Below, piece after piece: positions 12,901-18,245 of a stretch of 64,000 bases of DNA. The stretch spans positions 62,925-126,924 of the forward strand of contig CAZSGP010000006.1 of assembly GCA_964606485.1 (NCBI GenBank), written 5' to 3'. A program made the translations under genes and the position numbers. Numbering within the stretch: the first letter of the stretch is position 1; the number at the start of each line of letters is the position of its first letter. The stretch comes from an uncultured Planctomycetia bacterium (GTDB lineage Bacteria > Omnitrophota > Gorgyraeia > 2-02-FULL-51-18). The notes beneath the pieces are model-generated. The model did no database searches and was not told the DNA's origin. It saw nothing but the letters and a program-made list of their open reading frames with translations.

Positions 12901-14892
12901 TTTTTTATATTTTTCAAACGGGGACTCTCCGAAGCCCCAAGACTTCTTAAGCATTCTTGCCGCATCCTGGGGAGCGACGCCCCCGCAAGCGGCTAACAAC
13001 AGGGATAGTGCTAAAGCGGAGACACGGTTTATATAGACAGGGAGTCGCGCGCCTTCGCTCGGCGACCGGCTCCGGTCCTTGCGCTTCATATGCTCGATAT
13101 CCTTGAGAATGTTTTGAATCGTGGTTTTTACCGGTGAAGCGTAAAGGCCAAAAAACACCACCATCCCCAGAAGCTGACAAAGAGATTGCTCGGCGCGCTC
13201 CAAAACTTTCTCATCCGCCGCCAGTCCGAGTTTCGAGTTTTCACAGACTTTCACGATATCGGGATCAGACTGTACGATCTTGAGAATATATTCGGTCCGC
13301 TCTTTTTGAATAGCTCTCCATTCCTCTCTGTAGGCTCTCATTTTGCTTCGAACCCAATCCATCCAACCGAGCCTCGCGCCGCGCGACGCCTTCGTATTGT
13401 CGGTAACGACAGAGAAGATAACTTTCAACTCACTTTCCAAAGATTCTTTAACACTCAACCGGCCGCCCTGCGCCGGATACAACACCAAATTTGCTGCCGG
13501 CTGCACATTCCACAAAGCGCTCGGCGCCTGGATTTTTAAAGCATCGAAACGGGCAATGATTGGAGCAGCATTTTTAGGCGGAAGTTGAGATAGGAGTAAA
13601 TTTTCATACTTACGGACATTGGTTTCCGCAAGCACGCGCGGTTGGATAATCTCGCAATCGACCTCTTTGTCCGCAAAAAGCCGTTTCAAATGCTCCGAGT
13701 GAAAACCACCGGCGACGAGAATCGCTTTCGTTTCATTTTCAGATTTCATTTTTGAAAGCGTATTTTTTACAAACACGTGGTCGCGTTTTAAGGTGAGCGC
13801 ATAAAATGTTTTGGCCTTTTTAACGAATTTTTCGTAGCGAGGCTCAAGGTACACAGCGTTCTCAAAACCCTTGTGAAGACCAGAAATCATGCCGTTCAAA
13901 TCGCCGGATATTTTTTTCATCGAAAATTGCTTGGGGTTTTCTCGGATAGCCTTATAGTCGCCTGGCTCTAAATTGAGACGGGTTAGTTTTTGGAGTGTGT
14001 GGAGAGTTTCTCCGATCTCAGACAACCGTCTTTCGTCTGACGTCTGGACAATATTTTCAAAAATCCGATCTTCAAGCAGTGATTTTTCGCGAAGCAGCTC
14101 ATCCAAATCGAGTTTCCGCACGCGTTTAAGGTAATTTTTAGACGCCGTATTATTTTTCTTTAAAACTTTTTCAAGATGCGTCAGCCTGGAAAGCACTTGG
14201 ATTTGTGACAAATCTCCAAATGAAATACCTAGAGACTTCGCCTCCCGAACAAGATACGAAAAATAGTCAGCTGAAAGCATTTGTCCGGAATCAAATTGCG
14301 TTTTATTCGTATCGAATCGAAGCAGTCTTTCATTAAAAATCTTGGCCTTAAGGAAGCTGGCCGTTCGCTCCACCCGCTCTAGATACGCTTCGACGAAATC
14401 GCGCTCTAGTTTTAAATCACGATAAAGTCCGAGCCCTTCGAAATAAAGCGCTTTATCCTCCACTCCCCAAAGCTTGAAAGGCTTGTCCGAAATAAGGTCC
14501 AAGTAGTCCGGCCCTTGAATGGTCCCTTTCTGTAAAAAACTGTCCGCAATCTGCTTCGCTTTTCGACGATCGCCGATCGCTTTTGGTCTCAGATAAGACA
14601 GTGAGTCATCACCGGTTCCCGCTTCTAAAAATACAATCTTAATTTTTTCTTGAGTGATAAGCTCATCAATGGTTTTGGCGATATTTTTCTGCGCGGAAAG
14701 ATTCAAGTGCGCGTCTTGAATGATGTAGATTTTTTTAGTGAAGGGTTGCTTCGCTTGGTGAAAAAAAGAAAGCGGCTCACTACCGGCGGCAAATGCAAGA
14801 TCTTGCGCCAAAAAAGAAATAACGAGTGCAAATGATAGGCACTTTAAAAAGCTTGGGGTTCTGCTTTTTAAAAGATTAAATTTATAAAACAA
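1..14892 (-). CDS. Giant multidomain protein, at least 4,960 aa, 3' end beyond window start. Probable TTG start near 14892 followed by a signal peptide (FYKFNLLKSRTPSFLKCLSFALVISFLAQDLAFA). Domain modules are listed as separate features.
   Basis: Reverse-strand frame (codon first bases at coordinates divisible by 3) is open from the stop at 14947-14949 down to coordinate 1. This was checked codon by codon at 1-960, 5690-5710, 9250-9285, 9710-9755, 13030-13060 and 14830-14950. The ORF track shows only short antisense ORFs in this 14.9 kb, consistent with one ORF lacking an in-window stop. Multiple specific family motifs are present in frame. Confidence 0.8.
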   Translation of the reverse strand, partial: MFYKFNLLKSRTPSFLKCLSFALVISFLAQDLAFAAGSEPLSFFHQAKQPFTKKIYIIQDAHLNLSAQKNIAKTIDELITQEKIKIVFLEAGTGDDSLSYLRPKAIGDRRKAKQIADSFLQKGTIQGPDYLDLISDKPFKLWGVEDKALYFEGLGLYRDLKLERDFVEAYLERVERTASFLKAKIFNERLLRFDTNKTQFDSGQMLSADYFSYLVREAKSLGISFGDLSQIQVLSRLTHLEKVLKKNNTASKNYLKRVRKLDLDELLREKSLLEDRIFENIVQTSDERRLSEIGETLHTLQKLTRLNLEPGDYKAIRENPKQFSMKKISGDLNGMISGLHKGFENAVYLEPRYEKFVKKAKTFYALTLKRDHVFVKNTLSKMKSENETKAILVAGGFHSEHLKRLFADKEVDCEIIQPRVLAETNVRKYENLLLSQLPPKNAAPIIARFDALKIQAPSALWNVQPAANLVLYPAQGGRLSVKESLESELKVIFSVVTDNTKASRGARLGWMDWVRSKMRAYREEWRAIQKERTEYILKIVQSDPDIVKVCENSKLGLAADEKVLERAEQSLCQLLGMVVFFGLYASPVKTTIQNILKDIEHMKRKDRSRSPSEGARLPVYINRVSALALSLLLAACGGVAPQDAARMLKKSWGFGESPFEKYKKTVGLKTDASTKIDIILNDYLKKYDNSDSDIQKVRIDFFDALHDLLENASTSQKREIWNQFFIHWSGLHEEPLKRESLALSASYAMLNVASLLIKETDFSDPTNFYLVGKLFVAFGHIKTKRNIQRSYAEGDLSQSGFQMDKFINDIIIPLSQKKWAEKELTSIFNAVLASRYLAEGMSMGDTSRRWNLTEAAYQMLLTNPLLFSKDQMDELTEAVRQDISGLTDDTIYTQKIRKRAREILHNIAIIRSDGARLAAAEEKMGTIEIVAVTDAQAPTMDSLTALATKNAQHSDFLKTLQNKIDFEKGKLDLKNLRSIIPDEKPEAPLENFPENIDFNLRRVKQMLILNAYANCGSIRGTALSTGLDSQRVSNEIRVEGVDSQASARERIEVNYSSAYLWMAKQEVLQWRELEKMVIIGALYSTGDFRGAAAIRLGIDQRTLYKKLKLYEIDSLSDAEGFLRKTQAALRSRKEKKFIEDVCRYKTKFIQTLTHMGPESIEALYPLVQEKFKADPTLKTNPEFIGWAIAIFSIAAAKTASDKSLDYDSIRTFIGDQNTDPNSLPNEKQIEAALLLLENRALVTMRMSEGKSLSLVLAAYLKMLFGYRVEIHDFNIPLASRNSAVAEAILNRLGFKTASLTETNGAELARKADFIHGTYDQFMFRHMIDRFSLKYFGKSQSSDKKKWVFLDEAEEPLWDEAYEPRVFADPTEEMDEDLKGIYIAVNELATRLLDEGKVKVIWVEEEGQFRRKLDIELDETRRAQLAELSKRDVLQKFYSDPEFPRELLDIAIQARLFYKEGEQYFSTSRAKHSSKWDQKITLRNESTGDRQEHRVIRFFQPFLEIKEGKKVMGEAVARELLTPHYFYRNTLEFSAVIGVLDSKRAAALEALYGATVRQVKPKYPNNRTVIPEEYFLNEKEKIAHFVDAIRVFYETGRPILLNTRSPEEAEMYRDALEAENERQPFLKGGTQPLQPIRVINGRDEVSDALNWNRIGDSFSITITAQVASRGAEIKLDPKLYKPVEAEFRGKKISVAGLVVLSTHYSKSLLTALHLEGRAGRRGKPGVFHFADHIKGNVFLTERVPGELQQYLSTIEGSEFDSKDKVIPMLFELARERALNETIEAQVYFQPLYNRLIDAQTDFATHARIKLSDPSLNRKTRADLINTLKSKSAALVNHVAQAISRKNLDLFNILMLDFEREIKELKKDVEKLSQQAGARLAAWANLIFKYLFYDDLRSRLRGKKMLSDLGFEVIDQEGHIRYKAGYEPPVLKCDLVMIPHGNTYGNSMEVFQGQNEGPLARLDDKGKSQAWRGAQELWQEYQRLLSDGDPGKGYVFLTSPLFRARETASFQIPRLYHLGLKRAIDVELEMRAKEINFGDWGGKKIDELDPAQQKMAQAYKNNSALIAPRNGESFPEFMVRVRKFIDEINQRYPGKTVFVYGHGMFTRVLKVLLKTQDVETTRDYIHFQQLRFNRGSPNPIQSGARLAANVLSDSRNRMIGAIQPLIDELSKTEQTAGFSGKPTVYALLGHQDLKAFEAFAQMWNKRFEAGDVIPIVITGGIGRATQDLKDLMLRNYAYSFKSRDRVIFKRLLKNEQSTESELIEFILTHTFNMPTEFQGKPVIYRDTTPTPNTVENLKMSRHLIAQAVSDYKLDHTAVSLVTTPPHNRRAFLTALKVFEEQIKNEKWSLIAEPVYPPDLNGFFDDAELERFVGFALGYPKRLHPKNQWSEFDRIVEYGTKASPDLIFERFDAGEWTPARTRALREEEFNQFLRQREGIAATPRFRVDTSALNDEELSKKAADRFIELAIQKLRSKKDAKFFVALAGGDTPVKFYKLLTKKEYYTRFKPGEMQRIVFFLGEERGPGADEPGANEAMVRSCFNFLSIKGKDRAIDQPKFFSFYDGNWVDVDAQKFKELVASYEIKRREVLAENGNRFDLTIWGIGSQANMGAIFPGSELLKKRYDPGYAVTGNLMSLTPEAFFDSKHAMVMMSGRHKRKPLYRVLKDLRSEPERKQYWLTQAPARLLWKHPEPTRVDFFVDKEALRWPQVELTRTLAGSDGRPFQDHAGQVIETRFKVDLRQGPSNQAPLAVLVHGFVGRGTWENQLANFPDDWTVAAPHRGRVPLAIRKMGSEQILNYYVGNVAHTIRWVSKEYPNRPIVLVGHSDANVLIDTLFSQPEIYQDVIDKISVEIGSNPFSFKHRDHAIRNILDFLKSASAYFGPVRKILEPMLTVLKWPVSERLPWPVVALREKALERYSGLFSQLASYAPAAATFFVAPFWGSFTQGKYFFKMLKELGVPEELHYAISQDYENMSTRDVLEELHAILTYPSDMHEKANAVRRKNGTKKLIVTSTHDRLVDIHNLREDARAMSTPLEIIDEGSQEHSLLRSHLPQYLDEWNQVVVDFVRGARLSGGVMLDEQLIRFEKWMLDLFSLSGEPQRLSDEGYYWYFLSGERVYDFLILSRLVNQAKRVMTGFNPDRVLYFRANRPHGNRSRLVLYLQPLKIRTKLVKTQPDGTVFLRIDLINDAKEPLARMILSAKPSRVDEKFDESPSKKNLDSLFKRDTHLMGQMPSALEPIDRGPITKRMRWNFSQESLDAQKILNGVMDENWARQMIGLRILARASNFFAGGYRISKVENLHFGVNLEVGEKLVALAAVANNEIKRDEYRNQSLLPMDVAVFRPSQNIEARLEQSAKDLAWWWDNIETPENERWWQNPSVEAGAVWDHMWHQFNVAMEVNRQKLCREGKIVRVEGDRIFDEPVETVVRARIWKIAENLKAEGPAPDAHKINFSNLLRAAIFGTDAERDAAISELQKALLIKPNLFDDQVKEVWVSLAKEVIDPGIVRRAVIAIQTWVKGAQSTPENNLIQLLEHFIRMGFPEASGIARRLLVYVQKVQSETGGARLSLNVSDTDTERAKRAQDVIKFYKEYQNQYRPFGSGGALFDMANFEHIYRSFLAIEKRYGCLKDKRLLDFGAGDLRVGIFAEYVFGMKVSSIEISKMLSKKSEALLENARAKKIAQPDFKFYPETDAFNISWSDADLVFYYYTEPEGDEAVHFRSKFLEKRLQMKNGSLICFLVLTGMFEELPGLRPDKEFLIERSFFSSEKYTEVRHYNAEWYLACFRKDKALEVLPAAARLSGITLGTLAVLAVAASIANILYKKWQKSQEAEIRREAFIHRLERNFKAKLKAKIKSFRNKIPMTAIFRLAEETVNEELRLASKENNHRDLRLLRGILAKMELLNAEWRGNDHEDEEDVIKKLCQNGRIGNTLRSPQGIELIRTIYRMRERIDFGETRGARLVQKSQETEVEVRPGSSEDDLTLGQMIRILIILVSVPMNTYMERLYFSSTPFFYIWPKVFSDRGLAYYENLSKENQKTLVFVTPHELLHNPPPFIVYAARDPFWILGAAFLMAWAIGTGYLRLVLEEKGYLKLKSALDLAIWFYVWAAVLAAVDVWNYGGTFSWIHLGDPVVLSAADSAMYAGQLITAGVAATFAYIHLEKKFKSNGARLTEKPSHLISNPISEWEFGLGPDGHPAVRSPLQRAEDELRIKNEFRDRLEAGFAKKNRWFSIGFYQDTPSNGRVRFFAKTRKEEIREYSYQVVGAGHLREVSDALARGLSRSGVSRTMALAGHFYRVDFQLVPGNGAFGDEIQIKVTGSFSRDSEAMFLRILEEHQKGFLAIIHSNLANRREDFREFKQTLEEKYDRFFRAEPELKNFIDEIHSDAGITEPSDEKEFLAYLRYLSERIKILIQNSAGDSQLALSRTKQLIRVEEDHKFASSAAIAIITKIESLQKSGKSVNIVFATGNTMVQMLDYMARFSQDIDWSRVQAYHLDEYAGLSPSHPSSFAAFLRKHLFSRVKIPEANIHYIDGSQWNVPGHLERYMKNLKDNGGADIGILGVGLDGHLAFNEPPRFSGFNQSMQIVDLNESTIAANEKDYPEIRKAPRAITMGMADIAEFKNIFFMANGEKKAEIVARGLQGPVTESVPVSMLQRMDSVIYMLDEPAASKLKFSMAGARLAEVETLRFLEGVLMFWLVIESIVLHEVAHAYAALKAGDVSAWMAGQISWKPWRFMSGASALTLVITGLLGVPATLFFAVFQNKLFNPGNGENKIALAKIALAGPIMNLILYGVFAGLYLATGYWIFQTVAHINLVFGLANMLPLGPLDGQKVFRALVPDRFMRFFDYGFIFSGALLLLGLIIYDVSTSVGRVAGGDFERTVLGSKNNNPFALGIFAMTSLVCGVAMRPWFKRIYTDLSRSLGKDSRSGDRFEFELEFANVDGKQPRPYVFKKFITVSKQTILPPLESHHLKML
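950..1720 (-). other. Glucosamine-6-phosphate deaminase/isomerase (NagB)-like domain
   Basis: IVFATGNTMVQML ... HLDEYAGL ... GADIGILGVGLDGHLAFNEPP (verified at 1201-1260) ... APRAITMGM ... DEPAASKL. This is a close match to NagB family motifs (GsTp, DEY, GiGenGHiaFNEP, AiTmG, D.aAa.L). Confidence 0.7.
1750..2350 (-). other. Second TraB/GumN-type GxxH region (YQVVGAGHLREVSDALARGL)
   Basis: VVGAGHL matches the TraB/GumN C-terminal signature. Confidence 0.35.
3700..4100 (-). other. Class I SAM-dependent methyltransferase-like domain
   Basis: Motif I KRLLDFGAGDLRVGIFAEY, followed by acidic and hydrophobic motifs typical of the Rossmann MTase fold. Confidence 0.4.
6150..6660 (-). other. alpha/beta-hydrolase-like domain
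   Basis: VLVHGFVGRGTWENQ (HG oxyanion motif) and IVLVGHSDANV (nucleophile-elbow-like GHSxA) within about 80 residues. Confidence 0.4.
6950..7500 (-). other. 6-phosphogluconolactonase/NagB-fold domain (first copy)
   Basis: FFVALAGGDTPVKFYKLL and FFLGEERGPGADEPGANEAMVR resemble Pgl/DevB motifs (alSGGsTP ... gDER..p.d..SN). Confidence 0.5.
8570..9100 (-). other. Histidine-phosphatase (phosphoglycerate-mutase) fold-like domain with variant first motif (IPHGNTYGN instead of RHG)
   Basis: LVMIPHGNTYGNS ... GESFPEFMVRV ... TVFVYGHGMFTRVL pattern matches the RHGx..N / GES / HGG layout of the family, but the catalytic Arg position is Pro. Confidence 0.35.
9650..11250 (-). other. SecA-like DEAD-box motor domain embedded in giant ORF
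   Basis: In-frame motifs: VTMRMSEGKSLSLVLAAYLKMLFGYRVEIHDFNIPLASRNSA (compare SecA [37 protein letters not shown]); KADFIHGTYDQFMFRHMIDRF (SecA DITYGTNNEFGFDYLRDNM); ASRGAEIKL (SecA AGRGTDIxL); LHLEGRAGRRGKPGVFHF (SecA motif VI LRGRSGRQGDPGSSRFY), verified at 9711-9753. Confidence 0.6.
13500..14800 (-). other. TraB/GumN/TIKI-like N-terminal domain shared with the two other giant ORFs (motifs IYIIQDAH and ILVAGGFHSEHLKRLF)
   Basis: Alignable by eye with the N-termini of the 44746..50247 ORF (VWLIEDIH; VLVVGGFHTAGLVNDL) and the 58437..64000 ORF (FIVGGYHAPSLQKLF). The [IV]VG[GA]xH..L pattern resembles the C-terminal GxxH motif of the TraB/GumN family. Confidence 0.45.
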
Positions 14893-15073
14893 AATAAATT
14901 TCACCCAATATTTTAAATTAATCTGAACATAAAATTTAACAACGGGTTAAAGTAAAAAGTGCTCGGAAAAGTATGCCTAATCTGCTCAGTAAAATCAAAT
15001 TCGGTTAAAAAAAATTTTTAATCAGAAGTAAGTGAATTTAAGCACAAGTGACTCATTCAAAAAAAATATTGGC

Positions 15074-16015
15074 TTAAATCGATAAAAGCTTGTTTTGAAT
15101 GGCTTTTGTGAGAGCTTCGTTCGCGGGCACCGGAACTCCGAATGCTTGGCCATAAGCACAAATCGCGCCGTTAAGCGAGTTGATTTCCGTTTTCCGGCGC
15201 TGGGTGAGATCTCTTAGCATGGATGGAAAATGCTTGGCCGTCGGCGGAATTAATTTTTCGGTGAGAAGTTTAAAATATTCTTGAGGAGACTCCGGTGACA
15301 GCGAGATGCTCTTTCGCTTAGCCACGTCATAGCACTCTTCCACAATTTTTCGCATCTGGTTGAGCCTCTCGGGACTTTCAAGCATCGCGCCGTAAGGCTT
15401 TTCCAAAAGTGTGCACGGCGCGTTTAGCGCGCAGTTGTAAATGGCCTTTGCCCAGATGACTTCCATTATTTTTTGTGTAGGCACGCAGGGAATCTTCGCC
15501 TGCGATAAAAGATGCGCCACCTCCACTGCCGCACGGGAAGTCTGCGCGGCGTGAGGCGCTCCAATCTCGATTGGCGCCGCTGTTCCGGTAATTTCAACGT
15601 CCCCCGGTTTTAGCTCTATCCCCGTAATAATTCTTCCAGCCAGAAACTGCTCGGGTCGAATGCTTTTTAAAATGGTCTCGATGTTGCCAAGCCCATTCTG
15701 CAGGGAAATCAACACGGTCTTCTCGTTCATGAATGGCTTTAATTCTAAAACGGCGCGCTCGGTGTCGTAGGATTTAACAGTAAGAAAAATATAATCGAAC
15801 TCGGGATTTAATTTTTGAAGTTCGCTGGCAGAAACATAAGTTTCGAGAGCCTTGATGCGGTACTCGCCCCAAATCCCCCGGATGACGAGGCCGTTTTTTT
15901 GAATGGCGTTCATGTGGTCCGGGCGACCCACTAAGGAAACGTCATGACCGAGACGTGTGAGAAATCCGCCGATTACACTTCCGACGGCGCCCGCGCCAAA
16001 GATCAGGACTTTCAT
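15074..16015 (-). CDS. panE: 2-dehydropantoate 2-reductase (ketopantoate reductase, PanE/ApbA family)
   Basis: N-terminal MKVLIFGAGAVGSVIGG Rossmann motif, LQNGLGN motif, length 313 aa typical of family. Confidence 0.75.
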   Translation of the reverse strand: MKVLIFGAGAVGSVIGGFLTRLGHDVSLVGRPDHMNAIQKNGLVIRGIWGEYRIKALETYVSASELQKLNPEFDYIFLTVKSYDTERAVLELKPFMNEKTVLISLQNGLGNIETILKSIRPEQFLAGRIITGIELKPGDVEITGTAAPIEIGAPHAAQTSRAAVEVAHLLSQAKIPCVPTQKIMEVIWAKAIYNCALNAPCTLLEKPYGAMLESPERLNQMRKIVEECYDVAKRKSISLSPESPQEYFKLLTEKLIPPTAKHFPSMLRDLTQRRKTEINSLNGAICAYGQAFGVPVPANEALTKAIQNKLLSI

Positions 16016-16026
16016 AAAATGCTATC

Positions 16027-16107
16027 GTCATCCTGAGCGCAGCGAAGGATCTTGTCTAAGTGAGTCGCGCAGAAAAGATCCTTCGGCGAAGAACGCCTCA
16101 GGATGAC
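16027..16107. repeat. Long imperfect inverted repeat (arms GTCATCCTGAG..GAAGGATCTT and AAGATCCTT..CTCAGGATGAC) forming an extended hairpin between queC-like and panE-like genes
   Basis: Arms 16027-16053 and 16075-16107 are reverse complements over 11+9 bp with a mismatched internal bubble and a 21-nt terminal loop. Confidence 0.6.
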
Positions 16108-16111
16108 CGAG

Positions 16112-16786
16112 TTATATTCCACTCTTCTTGTATTTGGTCTTATCAAACACGCCGGCGGCAAAGAACGCTTTTTTGCGCTCAATGCACTTATTGCACTCGC
16201 CGCAGTGTTCGTAGCCTTTAGGATTCATGCAGGAAAACGTCGTTTCAAGTGCCAATTTTTTTCCCAAAATAATGACACTTTCTTTTTTGAGAGTTTGAAA
16301 AGGGGCCTTCACCACAATGTCCTTTTTGAGGCCAAGCGAAAGCAGTTCAGACATTTTTTTAAAGAAGGCTTTGCTAGAGTCAGAGAAGGGATTGCCTTTC
16401 AACACGCCGATTTCAATCACTGAAATATCATGCAGTGCGCAATAGACCCCGGCCTTAGACAGTAAAACGATGTTTCGTCCCGGCAAGTACACCGCTTCAT
16501 CGCGAGTCGTAGCCCCCGGAACCTTGATCCCGGTGATGCTCCAGTGATTTTCGTACATATCTTTCATGGTGAGGTCCAAAACTTTAAGCGGCTTCAAATG
16601 AGGCGAACGCAAATGCCGCACGAAATTTTTTAAATGAAAAATTTCGACCGCTTCCCAGCGCAGATGATTTTGCACATAAATCGGCGTGACACTTTCGTAG
16701 CGGCTAAGCGCTTCGTTTAAGAGAACGGAGCTTTCGACTCCGCCGCTAACCAGCACGCATGCGTGTAATTTCTTTTCGTCGCTCAT
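16112..16786 (-). CDS. queC: 7-cyano-7-deazaguanine synthase (QueC family, PP-loop ATPase)
   Basis: CVLVSGGVES PP-loop variant, C-terminal zinc motif CMNPKGYEHCGECNKCIERK. Confidence 0.7.
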   Translation of the reverse strand: MSDEKKLHACVLVSGGVESSVLLNEALSRYESVTPIYVQNHLRWEAVEIFHLKNFVRHLRSPHLKPLKVLDLTMKDMYENHWSITGIKVPGATTRDEAVYLPGRNIVLLSKAGVYCALHDISVIEIGVLKGNPFSDSSKAFFKKMSELLSLGLKKDIVVKAPFQTLKKESVIILGKKLALETTFSCMNPKGYEHCGECNKCIERKKAFFAAGVFDKTKYKKSGI

Positions 16787-17445
16787 GGCTCCTGGAGATG
16801 GTGCTTAATGTTTTTACCTTCTTCAATGAAAATGACGTCTTCGCCGATATTCGTCGCGTGATCCGCAATGCGCTCGATGTTGCGGCTGACTAAAATGAGA
16901 TCCACGGCGCGCGTAATGCTTTTTGGGTCTTCCATCATATACGTCAAAAGCTCACGGAACACCTGATCGTTCAAGCGATCCACCTCGTCGTCGTCTTCAC
17001 AGACGTGTTTAGCGAGTGCCGGATCATGCTGAACAAACGCTTCGATGCTCCCCTTAATCATCCGCTGAGCGAGCATCGCCATTTTGGGAATATCAATCAA
17101 GGGCTTAAGCGGCGGATATTTCAAAAGATCTAGCGCGCGCTCAGCGATATTCACCGACTGGTCAGCCACACGCTCAAGATCGTTGTTAATTTTTAAAATA
17201 GCAGTAAGAAGCCTTAAATCTCTCGCGGCCGGCTGACGAAGCGCCAAAAGCCGCAGGACTTCTTCTTCGATTTCAATTTCCATGTGGTTCACAGAGTCTT
17301 CGAGCTTAAACACTTCCTGCGCGAGCGACTCTTTGCGCTCGACCAGGGATTGCACGCAAATTCCGATCATGCTCTGAGCGGTGTCCGCCATCTGCAGAAG
17401 CTTCTGCTTGAGTAGTCTTAACTCTTCATCAAAATGCCGTTCCAT
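16783..17445 (-). CDS. phoU: Phosphate transport system regulator PhoU
   Basis: 220 aa, two PhoU repeats (..AQEVF..DSVNH.., ..ERIADHATNIGEDV..), position downstream of pstB. Confidence 0.85.
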   Translation of the reverse strand: MERHFDEELRLLKQKLLQMADTAQSMIGICVQSLVERKESLAQEVFKLEDSVNHMEIEIEEEVLRLLALRQPAARDLRLLTAILKINNDLERVADQSVNIAERALDLLKYPPLKPLIDIPKMAMLAQRMIKGSIEAFVQHDPALAKHVCEDDDEVDRLNDQVFRELLTYMMEDPKSITRAVDLILVSRNIERIADHATNIGEDVIFIEEGKNIKHHLQEP

Positions 17446-17475
17446 TGAACCTTCCTTTGTACAAGTTTGGTTATT

Positions 17476-18243
17476 TTACCCCATTCGACCCGTAATGTAA
17501 TCTTCCGTTCTTCTGTCCTTGGGAGCCGTAAAAATGGTTTGAGTCGGACCAAATTCCACTAGCTCTCCTAAAAGCATGTAACCGGTTTCGTCTGAAACCC
17601 GTGCGGCTTGCTGCATATTGTGTGTGACGATGACGATCGTGTAATTTTTTTTGAGTTCCTGCATCAATTCTTCAATGCGAGCCGTCGCCATGGGGTCGAG
17701 TGCGGAACAAGGTTCATCCATCAGCAAAACTTCCGGCTTCACCATCAGTACGCGCGCAATACAAAGCCGTTGCTGCTGCTCCAAAGAAAGGCCGGTCGCC
17801 ATCACATCGAGACGATCTTTTAAATCGTCCCACAAAAGCACCGAGCGCAGGCTCTGCTCCACCACTTGTTCGAGCCACTGCTTGTCTCTTTTATACAAAT
17901 GCTGAATCTTTAACCCAAACACCACGTTTTCAAATACCGACAGCGGAAATGGATTGGGCCGCTGAAACACCATCCCAACTCTCTTTCTAAGGTCCAAGAG
18001 ATCGGTTTGCGCCGCCAGAATATCTTGCCCCTGCAATAAAACACTTCCGTTCGTTCGAACGCCGTCCACCAAATCATTCATGCGGTTAAACACGCGCAGC
18101 AGCGTCGACTTCCCGCAACCCGACGGACCTATGATAGACGTGATCTTATTTTTAGAAATAGCGGAACTAACGTCCTTTAGAGCGTGAAAATTTCCGTAAT
18201 AAAGATTCAGTTTTTTTGTTTCAAGAATTACATTTTCATTCAT
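17476..18243 (-). CDS. pstB: Phosphate ABC transporter ATP-binding protein PstB (copy 1)
   Basis: Walker [13 protein letters not shown] signature [15 protein letters not shown], Walker [12 protein letters not shown], typical PstB N-terminus [15 protein letters not shown]. Confidence 0.9.
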   Translation of the reverse strand: MNENVILETKKLNLYYGNFHALKDVSSAISKNKITSIIGPSGCGKSTLLRVFNRMNDLVDGVRTNGSVLLQGQDILAAQTDLLDLRKRVGMVFQRPNPFPLSVFENVVFGLKIQHLYKRDKQWLEQVVEQSLRSVLLWDDLKDRLDVMATGLSLEQQQRLCIARVLMVKPEVLLMDEPCSALDPMATARIEELMQELKKNYTIVIVTHNMQQAARVSDETGYMLLGELVEFGPTQTIFTAPKDRRTEDYITGRMG

Positions 18244-18245
18244 CT

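Noticed and set aside
860-13380. GGCGCGCG(A/G)CT-like word suspected to be an interspersed DNA repeat
   Set aside because: Sites encoding G-A-R-L use different codons (Arg as CGC/CGG/AGA; Leu as CTC/CTT) and flanks are unrelated, so conservation is at peptide level, not a DNA repeat or mobile element.
632-13588. Short ORFs of 60-160 aa listed by the track inside 1..14892 on both strands (e.g. 5752..6177 +, 11732..12214 +, 12947..13180 -)
   Set aside because: All lie antisense to, or out of frame within, the continuous giant reverse-strand ORF whose frame carries multiple specific family motifs; they have no motifs of their own.
1-14892. Possibility that the giant ORF is an assembly chimera or a run of pseudogenes with lost stops
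   Set aside because: Not fully excluded, but unlikely. Frame integrity was confirmed at six widely spaced checkpoints. Two further independent paralogous giant ORFs with the same head domain and the same GARL linker motif exist in the window. The internal modules retain intact catalytic motifs.
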